DNA of 64,000 nucleotides, taken from contig CM074812.1 in NCBI GenBank assembly GCA_037447605.1, positions 124,001 through 188,000 on the forward strand, read 5' to 3'. The position numbers were made by a program, and so were the translations under genes. The stretch is from Zygnema circumcarinatum SAG 698-1b. Its lineage: Eukaryota > Plantae > Zygnematophyceae. The notes under the pieces were generated by a model. It saw nothing but the letters and a program-made list of their open reading frames with translations. It did no database searches and was not told the DNA's origin. Positions 36,835 through 59,600 of the stretch are shown here, one piece after another; the stretch's first letter is position 1; every line of letters starts with the position of its first letter.

Positions 36835-37133
36835 TGCACTCCTTACTTTTGTAAATGTATAGCTTTCGAGTGACGAGAAGAGCAGGCTGCCAAGGCCTGC
36901 CAATATGAACGGTTTTGAGTTGAAATAGCAGTCATAGAGCAGCGCTTCCGTTAGGCAGAAAATGTATATGGAGAGAGCGCAATGTACCAAATCCAACCTT
37001 GGCCCTTTTTTGGGTATACTGTCTTAATACGAAAATTTGGTTTGAATGTAGAAGGAGCACCGTACCTTAAAACGTAATTCAACCTTAGTTTTGCAGTAAG
37101 GAAAAAGGCGATCAATACCAAGAAAATATGCCA

Positions 37134-38744
<1,611 letters not shown>

Positions 38745-39756
38745 AAGATATTGAAATGTGCAGGACTCTCATAACCCTAAGCCTAGCCCAATCTCAACTC
38801 GAAACCCCCCGGCTTCAAATCTTAACTGTAACCCTAATTCATTTAATTGCAGCTAACCAGTAGATGTGCGGTTTTGACGACAACCTTAATCCAACCGCAA
38901 CTTGAACCCTCACATTGAGTCCAAGCCAAGATCTAATCGTAATTCTATCTCCATCCCGACCTCAGCCTTAAACAGAACAGAAGGCTGATAATGACTTTGT
39001 ACTGCAGCTCCAGCCTAAGGTGCTGAATGGGACCTTAATGCTCTCTCTCAACTTAACTCACTTTGAATCTTATGCCAGCCGAAACCATAACAATTTTTAC
39101 TATGAGTTCAATAAATTCTAACTCCAAGTTCCGAATCAAATCCGTATGCCCTGAAACACTCTGATCCAAAAAAGTTTTCGTGCCGATTCTTTTTTCAAGT
39201 TTGCCGACCATTTTAAACATTGATGAGCTCATCTTTTGAGGAAGAAACCGCGCAATCCTTGTGCATTCATCTGGAGTGCACGAATTCACTAATGCAGTAC
39301 TGTAAATAAGAAACATGGAATCCGAATGTCTGAAGAATACCATTTCCAACACCAACATATATGTTTCGTCTAAAGGCACCTGACTTCATAATTTTTCTTC
39401 TGCAGCACCATACTTGATACTTAGAGTGGCTTATTCTAAGTAATACGATTCAAAAGTACAACGAAGATACACTACAATAGCATTCGAACATTCTACCATT
39501 GCCAAACGAATTCATAGCGCCACCTGCAGCGCTTCATATCATATCTGCGAGCCTTTTCACTCTTAAGCTATCTACAACCTTGAAGTTGTCACCAATCACC
39601 TCTATCGACCTCATGCCTTTGCCATAACTGCTGACTCTAACTTACAAAGAATTGTTACACATAATGTGAGTTCTACTCCATCATAAGATGGCAGCTGCTC
39701 CGCTGTTTTCACAGTACAAACTCTCTGCTTGATCATTGCAACAAAGTGGTGCCCAA

Positions 39757-47587
<7,831 letters not shown>

Positions 47588-48400
47588 GGCTCCCCCCCCC
47601 TTTGCTGCTCCTATGGGAGCAAGGGAGAGGGAGATGAGAGAGGGAGAGAGAGGGGAGAGAGAGAGAGAGGCGACCCGCTGTATAAGGAGGCGGCCACGAG
47701 GCCACGTGGCAACCCTTGCGCGCTTTAGGGGAGAAAGGGTCAAAGTCAACGGCACGGTCTCGCACGTGTAGCCGCACAGTTCCAGTAGCGTCCAAACTGA
47801 GGAGTTCGTTCTGTGTCGCTGTTGCAGTTCTGCGGCCGTACAGCCTTGTAAAGAATGCTGAGAACGTTTTTTTAACTATCACACGGAAGCGTTACATCTT
47901 GTCTCGAGCTAGGGACTAGAAAGGACATGAGATCGATGCCAATACAGTTACATGAAAGTTAGCAATGATAAGAAAACGGTTCAATGTTAACTGTGACCAG
48001 TTCCTCGTGGTTCCCCAGGCCGATTTTGTCCATGTACATTTGATGGCCTCGCCATCGTGAGATAAATGCCACTCCCCTCCTCATTCAATGCTAACTTGTT
48101 GTTCAACATGTACAAATGGTTTAGGATCCCAACATAATTGGACTTGAATAGAAATAAGACTAAGTGAATAATGGCAGCGCTCCTATACAGAAAGCTCCTA
48201 CCAGATGTACTGCAACAAATGGGGTCTTCTCCAAGGCATGTTCATGCTTGTGCTGTTTACCCAATAGCTGACGGACTTTCTAACCAACAAAGGAAAGGTT
48301 GATGTTCTGCCCCACTTCTCTGAGAACATAAGCCTCATAGCACCTGAAAGCACAAAGACTTGAAAATCGGTGAAGAGGAGGCACTGGAATTTTTCAGCCA

Positions 48401-51400
48401 TCAGTTCATGTGTGGCGCATACAAGAGATCCATTAAGGACACTCTAAGGGGCGGGGGAGCTGCAACGTGGAAGTAGCGGTACATCACAGCGACATCCCCA
48501 TAGTCACCTTGAGGGCCAACCTTACATGGGCTTCTCTCACCCATTTCATTCACTGTTTCCTTCATCTCATCCACCGACTCTCTCACCCTACTCCCTTCGT
48601 TCACCGAACATTTCTTGCCGTGTTCCTCTTGCGTCTCAGCTCCATTTAAACCATCACCGCAACCTCCACTGGTTCCTTGTCGATCGGATAAACATGGCAT
48701 TACAGCACATGACTTCGACCACCTTGATGAAAACGAAGGCTCAACGGGAGCTCCACATGCCCCCTTGTGTTTCTTCTGTTCCGCCACTACCTCCACATTC
48801 CCACTGCTCTCCGGCAAGATCTTCAGCCCATTGCTGATCTTCTGACTACTATCTTGCATCTCCTCTAATTCCTCAAACTCTAAAGACCGTTTCGCATTAG
48901 TCGTCTTGGGCGGCCCGCCAACATCGACACCCTCACCTTCTTGGGTCCCATGAGCCAGCTCTGCATCCATGGCTTCCTCAGCGTTTCCAGATTCAGAAAT
49001 TGATTTCTTGCTGACTTGCAAATCGTGATCCTCACTCTCTGCAGTAGAACCATCCTCCTGCTCTCTCCCATCCTTTTCGACCAGGCATGCAGCTCGGCAT
49101 CCTCCCGCTTCTCCCATCTCTGCTTCTCTCTGCGACTCTCGCGTACAACGACCCTCGCGTCCAGAACCTAAACAAGAGCTATGACATAAAGAACTTGAGA
49201 GCGATCCGAATAGCATCAACATCGGAGTCGGAGGAGGAGGAGGTCTCAATGCTCGGAAACACCGCCCATCGTTTCCCGGCGACATGACAAATATGTCTGC
49301 GCTAGTGAAGCTCTCAGGTGCTTCTCCTTTCGTTCCAGCCAAACATAAAAGCTCCCCATTCTCCTCATCTCGTCTCGCCTCAAACTTCTCTTTTTCCAGA
49401 TTTGGAGACTCACCACTCTTCTGACTGTTGCCATTGTTTTCACGGCGGAATTCACCACTCCCTTCATCTCCCTTCCCTTCATACATCCGTTGCAAGCATC
49501 CTTCAGAATCGAGAGGAGTCCACAATATTCTGCTAGGTTTCCAGGTACTTGCAGCTCCAACCTCTGCAAGGGACAGCTCTACATCTGAGCTACGACATTC
49601 CTTGCTGTTTGGAATCACATGTTTTGGGTTCAACGTCTCTATGGCCATCTTCAGTTCACTGAAGGATGAATGCATGGAATAGCAGACGTGCCAGATTCCA
49701 AACTCGTCCTTTTCAGCTCGTACAGGAGCCGACCGCTTCATTCGCTGCTTCGTCCTTGCACCATCTCCCTGCATATTGTCTTCTCTTGAAACTCTTCTCA
49801 CACTGGTTTGAAGGTCTTCATTCATTAGCAACCCGGAACCAGTTCCCTTGTTCCGATCCTGGAAGGTGTACCACTGAGTCGATGGACGAATGAATACAGG
49901 ACGGTCCTTTCCCATCTGATCTGCCTCAGCAAACTTCTGCTTGGCTCGGTCAGAGAGTCGAGGGAATCCTTCGCATACCTGCGAAGGTTCAAATTCGACG
50001 GCATTAGAGACCCCTGTTCTCTCTTCCCATTCTCACACCTCCTGACCCGTCTGTTCCCTTCATATTGGTTCCCATCGTGCTCATCCATTATCCTTCTCAA
50101 AATTAGCAGTAAACCTCATTAAACATGCACAGAGGATGAAAAGGCTCACATGTAATCGCGTGCTGCTGGGATCATCTGTAATCAGCCCCGGTTGACAAAT
50201 CATAAATTCTTTATAGTACGCGGGCATTGTGGCAGAGTCTACATAGAACTTGAGACCTGTTTGATCATGCACCACTTGTAGCAGATATTCGGCCCCGAGC
50301 ATGTCGACAGCAAAGTAGAACAGTGTTCCTAACGGGCTGTCCCAAATCAGACGCAGTACCTAAGAAAAAATCACAAAGAACCCATATCACAATCACAGCC
50401 AGAATCACAAAGGTCCAGAACTTGGATTTCCTTAGAACACCGGTTACAGAATTATGATCCGCACTCCCAAAGGAAAATCTTGCAAAGCATCTTGACAAGC
50501 CTGATAAAACTTGAAACTCAACTAGGAGAGAATACCTGCTGTGCTGCCGCCAGCTTGGAGGGCAGTTCCTGCAGCTCACCGGCGAAGGTGCAGTCAAGAT
50601 ACAGGCAGTCTATTTTTTTGCGACCAGTCCTCCATGCCCGAGGAATGCGTGCCAAGCAGTCGGGACTTAATCGACAGTCTCCGGTGTGGAGGACATTGCC
50701 CCAACTGCCTTCAAAGAGAAACATAAGGGCGCCTGAAGCAACGGATACAGCCAGACGAGAACCAGAATGAAGTGTTAAAGTATTCCCAACACACTCCCCA
50801 AATATGTTTAACGATTGATGTTCAATTTCTTATAAACAGGAACAGTCTTTTAAACTATTCTAAATTTCAAGTGCAAGACACATGCATTTCACCGCTCAGC
50901 TGAATGAACAGGGAGAACCTTGCTTCCACCTTGTGATTCAATTTCCGACCTGTACAGTGATTCGCATCGAAGGCCGTGACAGTGAAGGCATTGTCTGTGT
51001 GCATTCCAAGAGAAATCGGCCTATTTACGCTGATAGGTACAAACAGAGAGGGCTCCAGCTGTACAAGTAACCCCCAAGGTATCAGAAAACGGAAAAGAAA
51101 TGTCGCGTTTTCCCGCAAACGATTTGAGTTCTAAATAAGTTGGAGCTGTTCCTGTAAGGAGTAGATCAATACTTACTTTCTTAAAACACAAACAAACCAG
51201 AAATACCGCAGGTACACATTCAGCCAATTTCTTCGTCAATTTCCATTGATGTTCTACCATTCAAACCCTAAATTTACAGCAGAAGGCCTAAAATTCACCT
51301 TGGGGTGCCTGTGACGTATGATATCCAATGACAACTGCGAGCAGTAGATGGGAAATCTTGCATTGCTCTCCAAGCCCTGTGTGTGATCTTTGTGCGCGTG

Positions 51401-51487
51401 AGAGAGAAAATGAAAAGGCTTTCTCCGCGACGCTGGAGTCCACGTGTCGACAGAAAAAGGTAACCGAGACGGCATTTCCACCGCCAT
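48401..51487 (-). CDS. SNM1/Apollo/Artemis-family metallo-beta-lactamase/beta-CASP DNA repair nuclease
   Basis: MAVEMPSRLPFSVDTW..HFLSHAHKDH, DANHCTG, MFLFEGSWGNVLHTGDCR, LYLDCTF, LGAEYLL, IRPSTQWY and YSMHSSFSEL. Confidence 0.92.
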
Positions 51488-52062
51488 GGCTGCTCCTTAT
51501 GCAAAGCAGGAATGCTGCAATCAAGTTTGGCTCTTCAATAAAACGATTATGAAACTAACGTTATGAATTCATTATATGATTGTGAATCACGACGCGGTAG
51601 AATTTCCAAGGCTGATTATCCCAACCTCAGAAGCGGTCTTCTGAGGGTGTTCACCCTCTAATGCATCACTCAACTTCATGAAGACGAAAAAATGTAAAAA
51701 AGGAAATCTAGGAGTCAAGTACACTTAGTGTATTTTGCTTGTAACTTCACATTCAAGACCTCCTTTTAGGGTATAGATTTCCTCCTTGCCCGTTATCTGG
51801 CGCCAGCTCCGCAGCCTTCCGAGAGTTCCGACAGCCTCCGAACAGGCTCTAAACGAAGCTGCTTTTGAGCTTGGGAATTGGCGGGAAGGCAGGCTGTATC
51901 GTATCGTGCCTCTTTATATTATATGGAAAATATCGTACTGTATCGAATAATATCGTACAGCCCTTTGCATTTCTTGTACCGTACTGCGTCGTACGATCAC
52001 GGTTGTAGGAGTCGGCCGTACAGGCCTAGGGTCTTCCTCCTCTGGGCGAACTGTACCAGGAT

Positions 52063-52459
52063 TAGGGATGGCCCGCGTTATAAAGTCCGATTACATTACA
52101 TACTTTACAACGGGTTTAAAAGTAGTAATATAGTACAAAGTAAAACACTTTATTACATATATTATACCCACTCGTTTTGAACAAGTAACGACCGTAGTCG
52201 TACGATCGTACGGTCGTACCATACCAAAATTAGGTCGTTTTGGCGTTGGCGTTGCGAAATGCGTCCGTCTGGTTCACTCTCTGTCTGCTCGTGCAACCGT
52301 ACCGCATAATACCGTACAGTCGTACGACCATACGACCGTCCGACCGTCCGACCGTACATGTTGTAAAGGCGTTGTAAAGTAATATATAACAGCCGTTATC
52401 TAGTCGACACAGTTATATAATATAATATATATTATATAGTCGTAATTAAGCCATCCCTA
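52063..52459. mobile_element. Non-autonomous hAT-superfamily element (MITE), 397 bp
   Basis: TIR TAGGGATGGC (52063-52072) and GCCATCCCTA (52450-52459). Perfect 8-bp TSD ACCAGGAT (52055-52062 and 52460-52467). AT-rich subtermini, internal CGTACG/CGACCGT repeats and no coding capacity. Confidence 0.92.
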
Positions 52460-52814
52460 ACCAGGATACGAGGGCATTGGCATACATGACAAGAGTCATA
52501 AGGAAATGCTTCTTCATGCCAAAAAGGCTTCTTAAAATTCTGGTGATTTCAGAGGCACCCTTTTGTTCAGCATCTAGAGATTCATCTGTCACGATAATTG
52601 CGAAATACCTTCTGTTCACTCGTACGCTATCACATCACATCACACCATACATCATATAGCAGACATCACGAGATTCAGAGCACAAGCAAATCTAAAAACA
52701 TCATTGACTACAATGATCTGCTATCATCATAGATTCCAAAAAAAACTACACACATCACAAACCATGGCAAGGACATGGCAAAGACAAGCGACTGAAGCCT
52801 TGCAGGAGAAGCCC

Positions 52815-55420
52815 TCAAATGCCACGCGTTCCAAATCTGTGCCACGGGCTGGCTGGCAGCACTCGCTTCGGCCACACAGTTTGTGTGTGGTCTTCCTGTT
52901 TGTGCCTACTCACACTAACGTCATCCCCTTCTAAAATAGGTTCTCCCTCCGTATCTAAACTTCCGTCTGGAGACAAATTGCTCCCTGTCGTTGCAGAAAC
53001 TTGTCCCTTTGGCATGCCCATCAACAGACGGTTTTCTGCAGTGATCTCCGCTGGAATGAGCTGTGTGAACACCTCAAATCTACACATCAACAAAATGAGT
53101 TTCCACAGACACAGTTAGTTTCAAACATGACTGTAAATGCCTCCATCCTCCCTCTGCCCCAATAAGCATTGATGGATTCACCTCAACCATATCCAGCACT
53201 AAACAAAAGTGACAAAGACGTATGCTCCCTGCTTCATTTTTAAAAAATGCTCCTTATAAGTTCTTGATAAGAAACCTACCCAGCTGCTTGAAGCCGCGAT
53301 GCACGCTGAACATCAATCGCAATAGGGCCCTCCAGCCACCCATCAAAGGCGCCAGGTAGGCTCCTTTTCACCACATGGCCTGTTGGGGACCATGGCAGAG
53401 CAAGCTTGCATCTCAAAACCACTTACTTTCCTAAAGTCGCAGAAATTTGACCAACTGAAACCCCCCGTCGAGAACACATGAAGCTGATAACAAGTAGCAG
53501 ACCTCAATCATCGTCCTCCATAAGTATAGACCTAATGCTCATCAACAATTGCACATGATCTGGAAACTACTGATTAAATGTTTATGCAGAAAGTGAGAGG
53601 CGGAGGAACTTACAGCAAGGCATCACCGCGACAGGTGCATGAGCCCGCAGAGCTAAGTCAAGCACTATGTCCGTCAGCTTCCCGCATGCGTGTACAGAGA
53701 CTAGCAGCGTTTGACTATCAGGTGACACCTGCCGCATGTCTCCTTCTACATAGCGGAGGCGGCCAGCCAGATGTGGCCACGTTTCCAATATGGCTGCCTC
53801 CAGCCTCAGGGCACTTGCTGAACCCTCCCATGGGAAAAGAAGAAAAATGAAGAAAAATTCTCACTCGTTCAATTCCAATGGCCGTTATCAGACAAATCTT
53901 AGGTTATGAAAGGAAGAGTAACTCTTTCTCGATATTTTGGTCCTTATTTTCCCTTGAAATAGTTTGCAGTAGAGCTGGCCGCTTCCTTATGTCCAAGATC
54001 CTAGGACAAACTCACCAGGTTTACGCATGTCAACGCATATTGCGGTGCGGATCCGAGGCTCTGAGAGAAGCAGCACCTGCAGTGCTCCCGAGCCAATCAA
54101 TTGAACAATGTCACTTAAAAACTTCAGAACGTTTTGAAACCAGATAAGACCGCATAAACAGGAACGCCAACAAATACAGAGAGCCCGATAACAGAGGAAC
54201 CAAGAAATGGTCGTACCCAGGCCAAGAAGCCATGACCTGCCGCCAGGTCGACCACTGTCATTTCATACTCTTTGAATAGGCGGTGAAAGCGCTTTTGAAC
54301 CCTCCGTCCCACCTGCCCTGCATTGCCAACTTGAAGGAGCATCGTTCACTTTTTCACCCCATTTTGTTTACTAACGATTTGAAACCAGTGTCTAGCTAAA
54401 ACGAACAGAGAGCTAGGAAGCAACTGAGAGTACCAGGATATGTGCAACTACGCTTACCATGAATTCAAACATGAAAACATAGATACAAGTAGATTGCGGA
54501 TTAAAAAACACTCACCTCCCATGCTTCAAAAAATTCCTTCCGAGGAAGACAATTTGCTGCGCATACAACTCTTCCAAGGCGAGCGTAAAGTGTGCCTCCA
54601 TCAAAGATTGCTGCATCTTTGTTATCCAAGCGTGATCTTGAAGCAGGGTTCACGTGATGCCCGGCTTTATCAACAAGTCTGCACAAGGCACTGTTACCAA
54701 TCAGTCGTTCAGCTTTCAATTCTTTGTATATTAGTGTGTCTTTCTGCCGTTAGAGCCCTACAGCCTGCACAGTTATCGAAAGAGCTTCGAGGATTCTCTT
54801 CAATCCGAGTGCTATGTGACGGGTTTAAGATCAGGATTCCAAGCGTGAAATAACAGAAGTTTAGGCAGCAAATTCGGAAATTCAGAACTTTTAAGCATTT
54901 AGAGTTTGAAAAGTTTATGTTCGGGTTGAGGAAACCCTAAGAAACTTTTAAAAAAAGAATAAAGGTCCTGACAGATTTCGATCATTAAGCTAGCGATACA
55001 ATGGGATAAAAAAATAAAATTACAATTAAGCAGTACGTTTTGTAACACATTAATATGATAGAATGCAATATGCATAAACTAATGCAGTAGCTTGAAGGAT
55101 TTCAGGAACCACTACCGCAGAGGTTGCAGCTGTCGACGGAGAGTTCTGCCAGCAGCCATGGCCGCCACACGTTCCTCTCCACTGTCAGCTTCCTCTCCGC
55201 CTTCCCCCGCTCCCGCTCCACTCCCCAAGTGCTGCCAGGAGGCGGAGCCAGAAGCCGCCAGCTGTACAGCTCCCCTCTTTCCCGCGGCCTGCAGAGCCAG
55301 GTGGCGCGAGAGAGGGCCGAAGCGCCATAGCCCGCGGCGCAGAGCGGCAGAGGAGATGGAGAATGCTGGGGCAGAGGAGGGAGCAGAAGGCGCCACGTGG
55401 CGCACAGGGAAAGGGCGCAT
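52815..55420 (-). CDS. SAM-dependent methyltransferase-domain protein (Methyltransf_32-like) with putative organellar transit peptide; multi-exon
   Basis: Exons: CLPRKEFFEAWE|..VVDLAAGHGFLAW|VLLL..AICVDMRKP|..RLRYVEGD..VSVHACGKLTD..PVAVMPCC|..PIAIDVQRASRLQAAG|FEVFTQLIPAEITAENRLLMG. Confidence 0.82.
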
Positions 55421-55744
55421 GGCTGCAACTGGGGACCCAAAGGGACTCTCAGTCTCTCAGAGACGCATACCTGCTGAATCCTTGAATGCCCCAATCCCGC
55501 CATGGCCCAGTGAGACTGAAATCCATGGCCTTCTGCGCTGTAATTAAGACATCCTCGTTAGAGGGCCGCCTCCTAAAGCAAGCATGTGTACAAAGGCGAG
55601 TGCCTAGTAGAGTACGACGATTCTTCCTGTGCTTGGAAAGGTTTCTCTATGGAGAGCTGTTTTGAAATCCTCAAAATTTAAAGAGGTTTCCGTGTTGGTT
55701 AAATTTTAAAAATCTCAGTTACCACGCCATTTCAAACGGATGGA

Positions 55745-55830
55745 CCGTACGAAATCTGGTACGACGCTGTACGAATTCGTACAGTACATTGTTGTACAGT
55801 AGGTTGGAATGTACGGCCATCCGTACAGTA
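55745..55830. promoter_or_regulatory. GTAC motif cluster (8 copies) in a divergent promoter
   Basis: GTAC at 55747, 55759, 55769, 55779, 55784, 55794, 55811 and 55823, between the methyltransferase and golgin genes. A regulatory role is inferred. Confidence 0.5.
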
Positions 55831-56613
55831 TTTGGCACCCTGTTGAGTGCACCTGCTACTTAAATTTTTTCCAACAACAGGCAGCAAATGACTGCTGCTG
55901 TGGCTCCCCCCTGCCTGAAGGTGGAGATGATGGTGATGATGGATCTTGAAGCATTGCTTACTTTATCAGACATTTATGCTTGATCTGTATGCATATAACA
56001 AGCCGCCGCTTGCGTCATTGCGCTGTTTCACCTCTAAGTATAGTTTGGCAAAAAGAAAGCACCAGGAGTGCATAGATCCTGGCTTAGGACATTAATCTTA
56101 CATTTTCACTGCTCAGAAGGTGATAAATGTGGGCTAATACCATGAAGCCGTCGATGAAGATTTTTGGAGCTACTGGCATTACGCCTGTTTCTGCCGGTCG
56201 TCAGCTGACTGTTGTCAAATGAAAGCCTCATTCAGAGCTTTAGAGGAGGTTGCGGAGCAGCTTTATAGAATTCCATTTCCGGTAGCATCGTCGTCTCCCT
56301 CTTTTTTGGGGCTATTTTTAAATTCAAACACGTTCCCTTTGTTTTATTGGTGAATACAGTAAACCACTTGGTCTCTTCGTGAGCAGTTTCCACTTCAAGG
56401 TACGCTTTCCTTCTATATGAACGACAGCTGCAGTCAAATGCGATCAAAATCGGAGCAAATTGATTGAAACGATTTTTTTTTTTTTTTTTCTAGAAATGTC
56501 GTTGTTTAGGGAGGACACAAAATGCAGCCAGTTTCTTCGGGCTGACCTCGCCCCTCTTCCCTACCTGCTCAGGATTTTGAAGGTAACCTTTCCTTTTTTT
56601 AAGCGAGGTTAGA

Positions 56614-59600
56614 ATGGGGGACGACGGCCATCCAGAAGCCGCTACCGGGCCGGCACAAAGTGTTGGCAATGCAGGTTAGTGATGCATCCTAGTTCGTTGA
56701 CGCCATGATCTCTCTACCCTTTACTGTGAATGGATGACCGAGAGAGTATGCAAAAGCTGAAAGTTGACTTCAGGAAGAGTTCTTACAGACCCTTTGGTTA
56801 TTGAATCCCCCTTTCTTTCCTTTTTTCCTTTTAAGAAATCGATTTTAAAAGTTGAATGTCATGTAAAGTTTGGTTTTTTATAGGTGCACTGGAAGCAACC
56901 GTGAGAGAGCTCGAGGCTTCTTTGGCTGAGACCAAAAAGGAACTAGCAATGAGGTACGAGACTATCACTCAGACTTTCAAAATTTCCAGATTTGTAACAG
57001 TGGGTAGATCCCGAGTCCATTGCTGCGGGAACACAAAAAGACAAAAAGGAACAAAGGACGAAGAAACCCTTACTTTCTGTGGAAACTCACATGGGTGTTT
57101 TATGGCACGTCTGGGCAGAGTGAAGCACTATGAGGCGAAACTTGTTACAATGACTGTGATTAACAGTGCTCTGCAGGTGAGAACGTTCCTGAATTTGAAA
57201 TCCTGAGCGAGTAAGTGGTCAACAACTCTTAATGAGTTATCTCGTTGTTAGATGTTTTGGGACTTGTCATCATGGTAGTATGTTTTTACAGGTGATAATG
57301 ATAGTAACAGGGCATCCGTATATTTGACTGGTTGGTTACCTAACGGCGATGTTGGATGGGTCTTTCGGTGGTATAGAGCGAGAATGACAAGCTGAAAGAG
57401 GCGGTTCAGGAATCAAGTTTGCCATCAAATGCAGATCAGGAGCTGAAGGAATTGCAGGAGGAGTTCACAAAACGCCTCGGAGTTGCTGAAAAGACAGTAT
57501 GGACTTGTTTCTTTTTACTCCCTTTGATACCTACTATGCCTTTGTTCTAAAACCCAGGTCAATCTAAAATGTTCCGCATACCCTATACAGTCCATCCTCT
57601 CCTGTTCTAGTATGAGTCCTGACTGAAAATGTTGATGTAGTACGACAAGTGTAAGATGTTTGGTCGGTATATAGCGCTGGAGAATTCTAGGAAACATCGT
57701 TGAACATGTGACACAATGAATATTATCATACTATGCAGGAATAACTGGAGAGTTCATTCGGCTAATGTTGAGACTAGAGGTTTTTGCGATGATTGCCGTC
57801 ACACATGCAAATCAAAGTAGCAATGATTTAGGGTTTTGAGGACAGGCATCAGTGATGAAAGAAGAGTGCTTTGGACTGCGTAAGGAGGTGGACGAGCTTA
57901 AGAAGACGAAGGTGAACCTCAACAATCAACTAACTGAGAAGGTTAAGGCCATCGAACAGGTACGGTGGGACAAAGGAACCAGTTCTTATGGTGGATTCCA
58001 AGCACTCTGTATCTTTTTAAAAAAATCCTGCAATGTAGCACCCATTCCTGCGAGTGTCATAGTGATATCATCCTGCGGATTGGGGGGGGCTGCAGTACAA
58101 AGGAGAGGGAGATAATCTCGCTCGAAAGATGGGGGAGCTTGAGAGTGTTGTCAAAAAGCTTAGGTCGGATGTTGCCAGATTGGAGCAAGAAAAGGAAAAG
58201 TCGCAGGCTCGAGTGCAGGTGAGTATCTCCTCAAGAAGCCAATAAACGAACGCTAAACTAATTCATGAGTTTAAGCAAAAGTTAGTTCAACTCGGAGAAA
58301 GATCATCGATATTGTCCTGGCGAATCTTGTCAAGATTCAACCAAGGAATGTAATTCTATAGGGTATGTCTTTGGCCTTTAAGCTTGTTTGGTAGTCTGAA
58401 CGTATTGCCAGGTAGTTTGAATAATCTGGCTGTGGAGCTTGGCGTGCAGATATTGGAAGCTGCTACAAAGAGTGTGGAGGCCAGTAGGTGAGAAAGCAAA
58501 CTGAGGTGTAATGGTTCTTATACCGTCACAAAGTCATCAGGGAAAATTGTGTATTTCAAGTTGGTTCATGTAGTTAGAATGTTGTGAGAGGATGAATGTA
58601 GATGGATGCTGTCTATAGTGCAAGTATTATTATTGGTTAAAGGAACGCTCGAATCTTGCTACCTCAGAATCTTCAGCCTTTTTAAAGTGTCCTGCACCTC
58701 CAGATCAGCATCACTTGAGGAGGCCAACCAAACACTAGCAGCTACACGACTGGCCATGGCGGAGCAAAAGGAACATTTTTCAAAGGTACCACGAGTTGTT
58801 AAACGCGAAACCGTCCTATTTTTTGTACCCAGTTCTCGGGGAGGAGCAACTTTTTTGTTTCTGAAGTTTCATGAGGTGTAAGTTCGTGAGTGAGAGCAGC
58901 TTGTACTCTTGACCGTGGATGCTGCATTCAAAAAGTCTTCAGCATGGACGCGGCAGTATATTTTCATCTGATCATCACAAGATTTGCTGAAAGAAGCTCG
59001 TCCATGTGCTGTGCAGTTGCTGCAAGAAGCGCAGAAACAGAGGGAGGAGGAACTCGCAAAAGCACGGGAGGAATCGTTGCAACAAACAAGTCGTTCTGCT
59101 AAGGAGACACAGCAGAAAGAGGAGCTGCTTTCAGCCAGCTTGGATGCCTTACGACAGGTCCCTCTCTCGCGCTCTCTCCCTCTCACTCTCCCGGCCTTCC
59201 GCTGTCTGTCCCTCTCTTTGTGCGTTTCTTCTTTGCAATGTAGTTTCTGGTGGCGTGTTCTCCAAGAGGATGTTAGGAGACGTATGCAGTATAAGAATAG
59301 ATCCCAAACTGCTGTCAATACTTAACTGGAATACTTACGATGATGCGCCCACAGAGTCTGGCGAAAGTGAATCAAGAAGCATCCGAAAGAGAGGATAAGC
59401 TGCGGGAGGAGGTGCGTGTTCGTATCTATTCTCTACCCTGTCCTGTGTAGCTATGAAAATGAGAACCTGCTAAGTTCTTTCAGTTATTGACAAGCACATT
59501 TTATCGGAAGAAATCCAAAGGAAAATAGGCAAATTAGGTAAAAAAGGCAAATTGCATCTGTAACTTAGGGAGAAAGACCTATAATTGGGCAGCAGAGCAT

